A stretch of 64,000 nt of DNA. Source: Laetmonice hystrix. Taxonomy: Eukaryota. The DNA lies in contig OZ249436.1 of the NCBI GenBank assembly GCA_965235115.1, positions 6,820,001 to 6,884,000 on the forward strand, written 5' to 3'. The notes below the pieces were generated by a model, which made no database searches, was not told the DNA's origin, and worked only from the letters and a program-made list of their open reading frames with translations. Of this stretch, positions 54,545 to 64,000 are shown one piece after another. Numbering within the stretch: position 1 is the first letter of the stretch; each line of letters starts with the position of its first letter. The position numbers were made by a program, and so were the translations under genes.

Positions 54545-55270
54545 GGATGACCACACTGGTACTAGTACCGGTAATAAGGATGACCACACTGGTACCAGTA
54601 CCGGTAATAAGGATGACCACACTGGTACTAGTACCGGTAATCAGGATGACCAAACTGGTACTAGTACCGGTAATAAGGCTGACCACACTAGTACTAGTAC
54701 CGGTAATAAGGATGACCACACTGGTACTAGTACCGGTAATAAGGATGACCACACTGGTACTAGTACCGGTAATAAGGATGACCACACTGGTACTAGTACC
54801 GGTAATAAGGATGACCACACTGGTACTAGTACCGGTAATAAGAATGACCACACTGGTACTAGTACCGGTAATAAGGATGACCACACTGGTACTAGTACCG
54901 GTAATAAGGATGACCACACTGGTACTAGTACCGGTAATAAGGATGACCACACTGGTACTAGTACCGGTAATAAGGATGACCACACTGGTACTAGTACCGG
55001 TAATAAGGATGACCACACTGGTACTAGTACCGGTAATAAGGATGACCACACTGGTACTAGTACCGGTAATAAGGATGACCACACTGGTACTAGTACCGGT
55101 AATAAGGATGACCACACTGGTACTAGTACCGGTAATAAGGATGACCACACTGGTACTAGTACCGGTAATAAGGATGACCACACTGGTACTAGTACCGGTA
55201 ATAAGGATGACCACACTGGTACTAGTACCGGTAATAAGGATGACCACACTGGTACTAGTACCGGTAATAA
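54545..55270. repeat. Minisatellite, 33 bp x22, with a perfect 12-bp palindrome per unit
   Basis: Unit GATGACCACACTGGTACTAGTACCGGTAATAAG; GGTACTAGTACC is self-complementary. Confidence 0.98.
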
Positions 55271-56881
55271 ATACCGTTTTTCACATTTTACCTCACCGCC
55301 AAAATAGCTATTTTCGAGCTGAAAATTTCGACAAAGACATGGTTTTATACTGAAAGTAAATTAGAAAATATCGAGCCTACCACATTTATTCAAGATAATC
55401 ATTCTATAATCATTCAGTCTACATATTACAAGGCATCGGGACAACTTTGTTTGACTACATTAAAATCAAGACATTATTGCAAGCATCCCCTATTTGTACG
55501 ACATTGACCATATTTCTGGTTAGTCATTTATGATATGAATCGTTCTGCGGGCTTGTCACAATGGTGGAATATTTTGACCTTCTTAATATGACCTACTTTT
55601 CTACTGAACACTGTAAACTGCGAACAGATGCAAACCCAGGCCAGGTAAAGCAGTCATTCCTGTGTCTGTTGGTGTATGTATATGTTGAAGAGGTGAGTGG
55701 GTGCGGAGCCTGCTATAGGATCCACGTTGTATGTTGTTTCAGAAAGCTTTTACTTCAGTACATGAATGAAAACATTGTGGGTTCACTCCCTACATGTACA
55801 TCTCGCCGTGTCTGAGTTGGGACAGTCCGACCAACATGACGGTCAGACATGATGTGGGACTCATTTACTAATACCTGTCAGGGGAGAAACCTTTCAGAAA
55901 GTGAACAAGAACCCGTAGAATTGTCACCTGACAGAGAGTGCTGCCTGTACTCACCATCAACTTCCCACGGTGACGGGGGAGCAGATCCGATCCTCTACAA
56001 ACATATGAAACCAACATCGTCTCAATTATTTCATCCCCTCAACCACATTGTAATGACACCAACAACGGATATCAAATCAGGAAGGGGTTACTTTAACAGA
56101 AGACTTGCAACTTTAATCTATCATTATAAAACTGTGGATACTGTGTCTTTATTACATGCGGCGAAAAAAATTGAGAGATTAATTCAGGCCTATGTGGGCA
56201 AATTGCTATTTCTCATTATATCTGATTGAAATTCTATACAATACCGAGTAGGGACTATTCAGTTGATACCATTAGCCCCAAAGTAAACTGACTCCAATTA
56301 AGGTGGAGATTGTGATGAAAAGGACGGGAATATGGCGCTGCTATATGTACACCGTCTCAGCAATATACCGCAGTGCGGCCACATGCATGCAGCCATATAC
56401 GATCTCATTTTCTCTCTGACAGGATCAATTGTACAGAAGTTTATTTAAAGGGATGGAATACTGTTCTTTTACTGTCTCCCTTGTGCACTGATCATAAATA
56501 TATTCAAGGTTCCATCTCCACTGCTGAAGGCCGGCTGATAATAACATCTGACAGTTTTCTATTACCCGTTTACTAAGGTGGAGGTTTCTAAGCTACATAC
56601 ACCGCAAACAATGCCTCATGGAAACTTGACAAAAACAGCACATATGGCATCGTCTGTACTTCAGTCGATTACAATAAAACTTGAAGCAAATTATTAATGA
56701 AATATTCATCAGTTTGCGGTGGTTGTCCGGAGTGAACTGTGAATTAATGATGGCGCTGGAGCTGTAGAGACGATGCACATGTCATGGCGCATTTAATGAA
56801 ATCAATTAATGCTCAACATCTATAAAGACTGACTTGACTTTTTAAACTTTGTTGAATAATCCATGTTGGCCCGATATCTTC

Positions 56882-57866
56882 GAGTAGCCAGTGAATCCCA
56901 AGCGATAGGCAGTAGGGGTTGGCATGGTGACGTCAATGAAGGAAACCCTTACTGTAAGTAAACGAGTAGCCAGTGAATCCCAAGCGATAGGCAGTAGGGG
57001 TTGGCATGGTGTCGTCAATGAAGGAAACCCTTAACTGTAAGTAAACGAGTAGCCAGTGAATCCCAAGCGATAGGCAGTAGGGGTTGGCATGGTGACGTCA
57101 ATGAAGGAAACCCTTACTGTAAGTAAACGAGTAGCCAGAGAATCCCAAGCGATAGGCAGTAGGGGTTGGCATGGTGACGTCAATGAAGGAAACCCTTACT
57201 GTAAGTAAACGAGTAGCCAGTGAATCCCAAGCGATAGGCAGTAGGGGTTGGCATGGTGACGTCAATGAAGGAAGCCCTTACTGTAAGTACACGAGTAGCC
57301 AGTGAATCCAAAGCGATAGGCAGTAGGGGTTGGCATGGTGACGTCAATGAAGGAAGCCCTTACTGTAAGTAAACGAGTAGCCAGTGAATCCCAAGCGATA
57401 GGCAGTAGGGGTTGGCATGGTGACGTCAATGAAGGAAGCCCTTACTGTAAGTAAACGAGTAGCCAGTGAATCCCAAGCGATAGGCAGTAGGGGTTGGCAT
57501 GGTGACGTCAATGAGGGAAACCCTTACTGTAAGTACACGAGTAGCCACCGAATCCCAAGCGATAGGCAGTAGGGGTTGGCATGGTGACGTCAATGAAGGA
57601 AAACCTTACTGTAAGTAAACGAGTAGCCAGTGAATCCCAAGCGATAGGCAGTAGGGGTTGGCATGGTGACGTCAATGAAGGAAGCCCTTACTGTAAGTAA
57701 ACGAGTAGCCAGTGAATCCCAAGCGATAGGCAGTAGGGGTTGGCATGGTGACGTCAATGAAGGAAACCCTTACTGTAAGTAAACGAGTAGCCAGTGAATC
57801 CCAAGCGATAGGCAGTAGGGGTTGGCATGGTGACGTCAATGAAGGAAACCCTTACTGTAAGTAAAC
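56882..57866. repeat. Satellite, 82 bp x12, carrying TGACGTCA in 11 units
   Basis: Unit GAGTAGCCAGTGAATCCCAAGCGATAGGCAGTAGGGGTTGGCATGGTGACGTCAATGAAGGAAACCCTTACTGTAAGTAAAC; starts 56882, 56964, 57047 ... 57785. Confidence 0.98.
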
Positions 57867-57992
57867 TGGGACTCTCGAGGACGAGTCTGTCGGGGCAGAT
57901 ATACCGAGAACAGTCAAGGATGACTATTTTTTTTCTAATAATAGCAATATAACTAAGCAATAATCCGCAGGCGGATGGCCAGTTCCCTGGTG

Positions 57993-58416
57993 TATCCCAT
58001 TGCTGGCGGTAGTCTGTGGGTTTTAGGTTGTGGGTATATCCCATTGCTGGCGGTAGTCTGTGGGTTTCAGGTTGTGGGTATATCCCATTGCTGGCGGTAG
58101 TCTGTGGGTTTCAGGTTGTGGGTATATACGGTTTCCCACAAACCAATAACTAGTGATGTGTTTCAGGTTGTGGATATACGGTTTCCCACAAACCAATAAC
58201 TAGTGACGTACAGCTGAAGCTGAGGTCAGACCCATTGCTGGCGGTAGTCTGTGGGTTTCAGGTTGTGGGTATATCCCATTGCTGGTGGTAGTCTGTGGGT
58301 TTCAGGTTGTGAGTATATCCCATTGCTGGCGGCAGGCTGTGGGTTTCAGGTTGTGGGTATATATACGGTTTCCCACAAACCAATAACTAGTGACGTACAG
58401 CTCAAGCTGAGGTCAG
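57993..58416. repeat. Composite repeat: 44-bp units x3 plus a second module, whole block duplicated
   Basis: CCCATTGCTGGCGGTAGTCTGTGGGTTTCAGGTTGTGGGTATAT at 57996, 58040, 58084, 58231, 58276 and 58320; TACGGTTTCCCACAAACCAATAACTAGTGA three times. Confidence 0.9.
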
Positions 58417-58766
58417 AGAAGATCGTCTGTATTCATGATGTTAATCTGACCGACTGATCTACGACCACAGGTACACCTGGATATGATCATCTCAGGTGGA
58501 GGTCTGAAACCACACTCCACACAGTCAGTCTACCTGAAGTTTATGGTGTTCGGGGAAACTCTAATAATATATCACTTCATAATCAACCACAGGCTGACAC
58601 TAGCATCACTCCAAATGACAGGCAAAATGACCAAATCGGCAGGCAGGACAATTCACCAATATTCAACTTCATCCACCATCTTGGAAGGAAATTGGCAACC
58701 CCGATCCCAGAATGCCTCATGTCGGTCACATGACCGCAGGCTGGAAGGTGTAACGTGGTCAACCCT

Positions 58767-60128
58767 TGTCTAAACGTGTCATACAAACCGTAGATATTAG
58801 GATGCTATCTGCCCAGCCAGGGCTCTTTATCCTGCCAACCTTTGTCTAAACGTGTCATACAAACCGTAGATATTAGGATGCTATCTGCCCAGCCAGGGCT
58901 CTTTATCCTACCAATCTTTGTCTAAACGTGTCATACAAACCGCAGATATTAGGATGGTATCTGCCCAGCCAGGGCTCTTTATCCTGCCAACCTTTGTCTA
59001 AACGTGTCATACAAACCGTAGATATTAGGATGCTATCTGCCCAGCCAGGGCTCTTTATCCTACCAATCTTTGTCTAAACGTGTCATACAAACCGTAGATA
59101 TTAGGATGGTATCTGCCCAGTCAGGGCTCTTTATCCTGCCAACCTTTGTCTAAACGTGTCATACAAACCGTAGATATTAGGATGGTATCTGCCCAGCCAG
59201 GGCTCTTTATCCTGCCAACCTTTGTCTAAACGTGTCATACAAACCGTAGATATTAGGATGGTATCTGCCCAGCCAGGGCTCTTTATCCTGCCAACCTTTG
59301 TCTAAACGTGTCATACAAACCGTAGATATTAGGATGGTATCTGCCCAGTCAGGGCTCTTTATCGTGCCAACATTTGTCTAAACGTGTCATACAAACCGTA
59401 GATATTAGGATGGTATCTGCCCAGTCAGGGCTCTTTATCCTGCCAACATTTGTCTAAACGTGTCATACAAACCGTAGATATTAGGATGGTATCTGCCCAG
59501 TCAGGGCTCTTTATCCTGCCAACATTTGTCTAAACGTGTCATACAAACCGTAGATATTAGGATGGTATCTGCCCAGTCAGGGCTCTTTATCCTGCCAACC
59601 TCTGTCTAAACGTGTCATACAAACCGTAGATATTAGGATGGTATCTGCCCAGCCAGGGCTCTTTATCCTACCAACCTTTGTCTAAACGTGTCATACAAAC
59701 CGTAGATATTAGAATGGTATCTGCCCAGCCAGGGCTCTTTATCCTACCAACCTTTGTCTAAACGTGTCATACAAACCGTAGATATTAGGATGGTATCTGT
59801 CCATCCAGGGCTCTTTATCCTGCCAACCTTTGTCTAAACGTGTCATACAAACCGTAGATATTAGGATGCTATCTGCCCAGCCAGGGCTCTTTATCCTGCC
59901 AACCTTTGTCTAAACGTGTCATACAAACCGTAGATATTAGGATGGTATCTGCCCAGTCAGGGCTCTTTATCCTGCCAACCTTTGTCTAAACGTGTCATAC
60001 AAACCGTAGATATTAGGATGCTATCTGCCCAGCCAGGGCTCTTTATCCTGCCAACCTTTGTCTAAACGTGTCATACAAACCGTAGATATTAGGATGCTAT
60101 CTGCCCAGCCAGGGCTCTTTATCCTGCC
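58767..60128. repeat. Satellite, 76 bp x about 18
   Basis: Unit CTTTGTCTAAACGTGTCATACAAACCGTAGATATTAGGATG[CG]TATCTGCCCAG[CT]CAGGGCTCTTTATCCT[GA]CCAAC. Confidence 0.98.
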
Positions 60129-61179
60129 TTTGGTGAGGACGGGCGGTCTGGGCATGAGGCTTTGCCTCCGTTAAATAATCTATACAACAATAACTTCTAT
60201 ACTTACTCTCCTTCAATATGATATCAATTCTATAAAGACTCATTTAGCTCATCAGAGGTGAGTAGTACGTCATCATAATGATTAACGCTATGATTATTAC
60301 CAGGGCAAATGCATGACCTCTGCCAATCCGAGTACAAACGTGGCACACTGGCCCGATTTTTCAAACCTTTAGTGTTTTGCAAATATAAATGCTTCTCCTT
60401 CCAAAAAATCAAGAGCCATCTTGTGAATGCCATGAGGAGAGTTGACTAGAAGAAAGGGGTTATTTCAGTTGAAGGTGCCACTGCCAGGTTAATAACCTGT
60501 AAGGTAACAAGAACATTCGTGGCTGCAGGATTACCAAGTCTGCCACCTGCCAAGGAGGATACCCTGGAGGGTCCTGCAATGTCTCTCCAGCGCATGGTGA
60601 GAGTGTCCAGCGGAGCTGTCGATCAACCCAACAGGCGACCAGGGTGCCAGTTACTACGGCAATCACGGCAGCACGTGGCGCCACAATACGTGAGTAGGGT
60701 AAGTCTGGGGTGGTCTAGTCGTCTTACACAGCCTACCCGACCTGCAACCCGTGCCCCACCACGTCCCCCTGGAGAGTCCGACCTCAACCCTTCACTCAAC
60801 TCATGCCGTTTTCATCAAGGCCTGTTGTAGCTCTCGAACTGATGACCGTGGTCTGGGCGTAATTATTATTACACACGGGTAGTGGAGCCTGCGCACAAAG
60901 GTTTACTCTTCTGTTTGGACCCAGCTTGAGGGGTGTTACACAACCCAACCCTCAACCCCGCGCCCTATTGTCTACTGACCAGTGTGAGTCCTCCCCACCC
61001 CCACCCCTCCCCATGACCACATCTAATGAGCTGGGAGTAATTGGAGCGAGCACACCTCAACATCCGATACCCACACCCGCTCTCACAGGAAGCTTTTCAA
61101 CGGATGAAACGGAGATAAAATATTCATCCGAACTCCTTGCCTTCCTTCCCGCCGACCTGAATCCGGGTTGGTTTGGGTA

Positions 61180-62192
61180 GCGGTAACCCCTCCCTGTCCG
61201 CGCCGGTCACCCCTCCCTGGACCCTGTCCGTGGCGGTCAACTCTCCCTGTCTGCGGAGGACAACTCTCCCTGTCCGCGGAGGTCAACTCTCCCTGTCTGC
61301 GGAGGTCAACTCTCTCTGTCTGCGGAGGTCAACTCTCTCTGTCTGCGGAGGTCAACTCTCCCTGTCCGCAACGGTCAACTCTCCCTGTCCGCGGCGGTCA
61401 ACTCTCCCTGTCTGCGGAGGACAACTCTCCCTGTCTGCGGCGGTCAACTCTCCCAGTTCGTGGCGGTCAACTCTCCCTGTCTGCGGAGGTCAACTCTCTC
61501 TGTCTGCGGAGGTCAACTCTCTCTGTCTGCGGAGGTCAACTCTCCCTGTCCGCAACGGTCAACTCTCCCTGTCCGCGGCGGTCAACTCTCCCTGTCTGCG
61601 GAGGACAACTCTCCCTGTCTGCGGCGGTCAACTCTCCCAGTTCGTGGCGGTCAACTCTCCCTGTCTGCGGAGGTCAACTCTCCCTGTCCGCGGGGGTCAA
61701 CTCTCCCTGTCCGCAACGGTCAACTCTCCCTGTCTGCGGAGGACAACTCTCCCTGTCTGCGGAGGACAACTCTCCCTGTCCGTGGCGGTCAACTCTCCCT
61801 GTCCGCGGCGGTCAACTCTCCCTGTCCGTGGCGGTCAACTCTCCCTGTCCGTGGCGGTCAACTCTCCCTGTCTGCGGCGGTCAACTCTCCCAGTTCGTGG
61901 CGGTCAACTCTCCCTGTCTGCGGAGGTCAACTCTCCCTGTCCGCGGGGGTCAACTCTCCCAGTTCGCGGCGGTCAACTCTCCCTGTCCGTGGCGGTCACC
62001 CCTCCCTGTCCGCGGCGGTCAACTCTCCCTGTCCGTGGCGGTCAACTCTCCCTGTCCGTGGCGGTCAACTCTCCCTGTTCGCGGCGGTCAACTCTCCCTG
62101 TCCGTGGCGGTCAACTCTCCCTGTCCGTGGCGGTCAACTCTCCCTGTCCGTGGCGGTCAACTCTCCCAGTTCGCGGCGGTCAACTCTCCCTG
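61180..62192. repeat. GC-rich minisatellite, 23 bp x about 44
   Basis: Unit GGCGGTCAACTCTCCCTGTCCG[CT] with GGAGG, GCAAC and CAGTTC variants. Confidence 0.97.
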
Positions 62193-62592
62193 CCCCAGGT
62201 GACCAAGGGCAGGTGTCACAGGGAGGGCAGGTGAAGTTGCACCCGGCCGCCTGGGTTCCCTAGCCCTCCTCAGGTGTGTAGAAGATGAGCTGGTTGAGGC
62301 TTTTGTCTGCGAATCTCAGCTGTGAGGAGGGATTAAGGAGGCGGTCGGGCGGCCGGGTGGAGATTACCATCTGCTCTCCTCAATTAATGGATGAAACTGA
62401 CATCAGACAGAGGATGCACCCTCCTTCTTCATCAAGAATCATAGCCGTCTGATCTGATTGGTGTTGTGGTGGAGTGTTTCTGGGGCCCATTGGAAACACA
62501 TGAATCAGTTCTCAACAAACTGCCAAACCTCCGTATAAATATTGGTCAGACAGGCAGAACACATTGTATCATGAGCTTATACCTGATCCCAC

Positions 62593-62640
62593 CTTGGGGC
62601 CGTGGTTCGATTCTAGTGGGGGACTATACAACTTTTCTCT
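62593..62640 (+). mobile_element. 5'-truncated or diverged third copy of the tRNA-derived element
   Basis: CTTGGGGCCGTGGTTCGATTCTAGTGGGGGACTATACAACTTTTCTCT aligns with CTTGGGGCCGGGGTTCGATTCCTGTAGAGGACTATACAACTTTTCTCT of the 38.2-kb copy. Confidence 0.7.
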
Positions 62641-63508
62641 CTCCGAACATTCTGAAAGTGAACTGGTTTTCTGATACCCGTACAGTAGAAATCGAGTCGT
62701 ACTATCTGCCCTACAAATATCACACAACGATGAAAAAAGTATCGCGATTTATGATTTATTTTAAAATCTTAAAAAGCTGTTTTACTGTTTTCCGGGTCTT
62801 TGTGGTAAGTAAAAGGGGGCGGTCAGGTCAACTCTACGTAAAATAGATTATATACATCACTTACATTGATTACAACCAGCTTTAATACCGTTTTTTTAAA
62901 CTGTTTAAAAATGAATAATGTATGTCGATAAGATGTAATTGTTCTAATGGCCCTACATATGGCGGTTACTGTGACTGTTAGTGTGGTAAGATTGGCCACA
63001 GTCCACAGTTGGACTCACAGGTCATTAGACACGCGTACACGTAGATAACATCTCACAGTGCCACCTATACCGGCCAGCACACTTCACCGCTCCATTACAA
63101 GTCATTGTCTTCATGGCTCAGCCAGAGATACGCGCAGTAAACGGTAAAGGTAACAAGCTTAGGCTATTTCCATTGTGTAGTTCACTCATAAATCGTTTAA
63201 CAGTTTTTGTGCAAATAAATTCTGAACGACATCGCTTGCCATAAAAGTCGCTGATATATTTTGAGCCTTTATCTAAATGTAATGAACGAGGGTAAATGCT
63301 GGAAATACCTTAAAACAATATGGTCTCCTGTGGTGACAGGTTAAGAGGGCCTGCATTAAGTGTTTCCATCACGCAATAATGGGCGCACCTGCCGACAGGT
63401 GAAACAAAAGGTTTGCCATTACGGCCAATGTCACCTGAATCCGGGCAATAATCACATCCATCAGGTACCGCCACGCATGCTCGCCCTGGATGCCGGCCTC
63501 TGCTGATA

Positions 63509-64000
63509 CCAGCAGGTTGGGGAGGACATCAGGAACAAAGTCAGGCGTCGACCGTACACAACTCCACCAGCAGGTTGGGGAGGATATCAGGGACAAAGTC
63601 AGGCGTCGACCGTACACAACTCCACCAGCAGGTTGGGGAGGACATCAGGAACAAAGTCAGGCGTCGACCGTACACAACTCCACCAGCAGGTTGGGGAGGA
63701 CATCAGGGACAAAGTCAGGCGTCGACCGTACACAACTCCACCAGCAGGTTGGGGAGGACATCAGGGACAAAGTCAGGCGTCGACCGTACACAACTCCACC
63801 AGCAGGTTGGGGAGGACATCAAGAACAAAGTCAGGCGTCGACCGTACACAACTCCACCAGCAGGTTGGGGAGGACATCAGGGACAAAGTCAGGCGTCGAC
63901 CGTACACAACTCCACCAGCAGGTTGGGGAGGACATCAGGAACAAAGTCAGGCGTCGACCGTCCACAAATCCACCAGCAGGTTGGGGAGGACATCAGGAAC
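63509..64000. repeat. Satellite, 58 bp x at least 8, running off the window end
   Basis: Unit CCAGCAGGTTGGGGAGGACATCAGG[AG]ACAAAGTCAGGCGTCGACCGTACACAACTCCA; starts 63509, 63567. Confidence 0.97.

Noticed and set aside
54444-55353. 287-aa (DDHTGTSTGNK)n ORF resembling a biomineral-matrix repeat
   Set aside because: Four frames are open across the array and five of the six variants I see are non-synonymous. RNA-seq coverage would be needed to reopen it.
1-64000. Hammerhead ribozyme cores (CTGATGA...GAAA) on either strand
   Set aside because: The CTGATGA hits I inspected by eye lacked a closed stem II followed by GAAA; a covariance-model scan would be more definitive.
12292-64000. Apparent bias for C-rich units on the plus strand
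   Set aside because: Roughly 8 C-rich versus 4 G-rich arrays is too few to distinguish from chance.

Overview
This is eukaryotic, most likely invertebrate-animal, non-coding DNA from a scaffold with one 144-N gap (8740-8883). The taxon call is inference from the unsuppressed CpG, recurrent TACATGTA words, tRNA-type SINE and lack of operon-like gene density. I could not identify any intact protein-coding gene, rRNA, true tRNA or CRISPR array. Every ORF longer than about 150 aa in the track is read-through of a tandem repeat. The window is dominated by 23 apparently unrelated tandem arrays with units of about 22-240 bp, together about 17.9 kb or 28% of the window. Many carry internal palindromes and several show higher-order repeat structure. 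Other supported features are a tRNA-derived Pol III element (two near-identical copies plus one distant fragment), a 116-bp MITE with 16-bp TIRs and a CAG target-site duplication, a composite satellite built around telomere-like (CCTAA)n tracts, and an 82-bp array with 11 perfect CRE sites. Retroelement relics and a few isolated exon-like segments are low confidence. I did not find a novel multi-gene system; the findings are leads on repeat birth and evolution.
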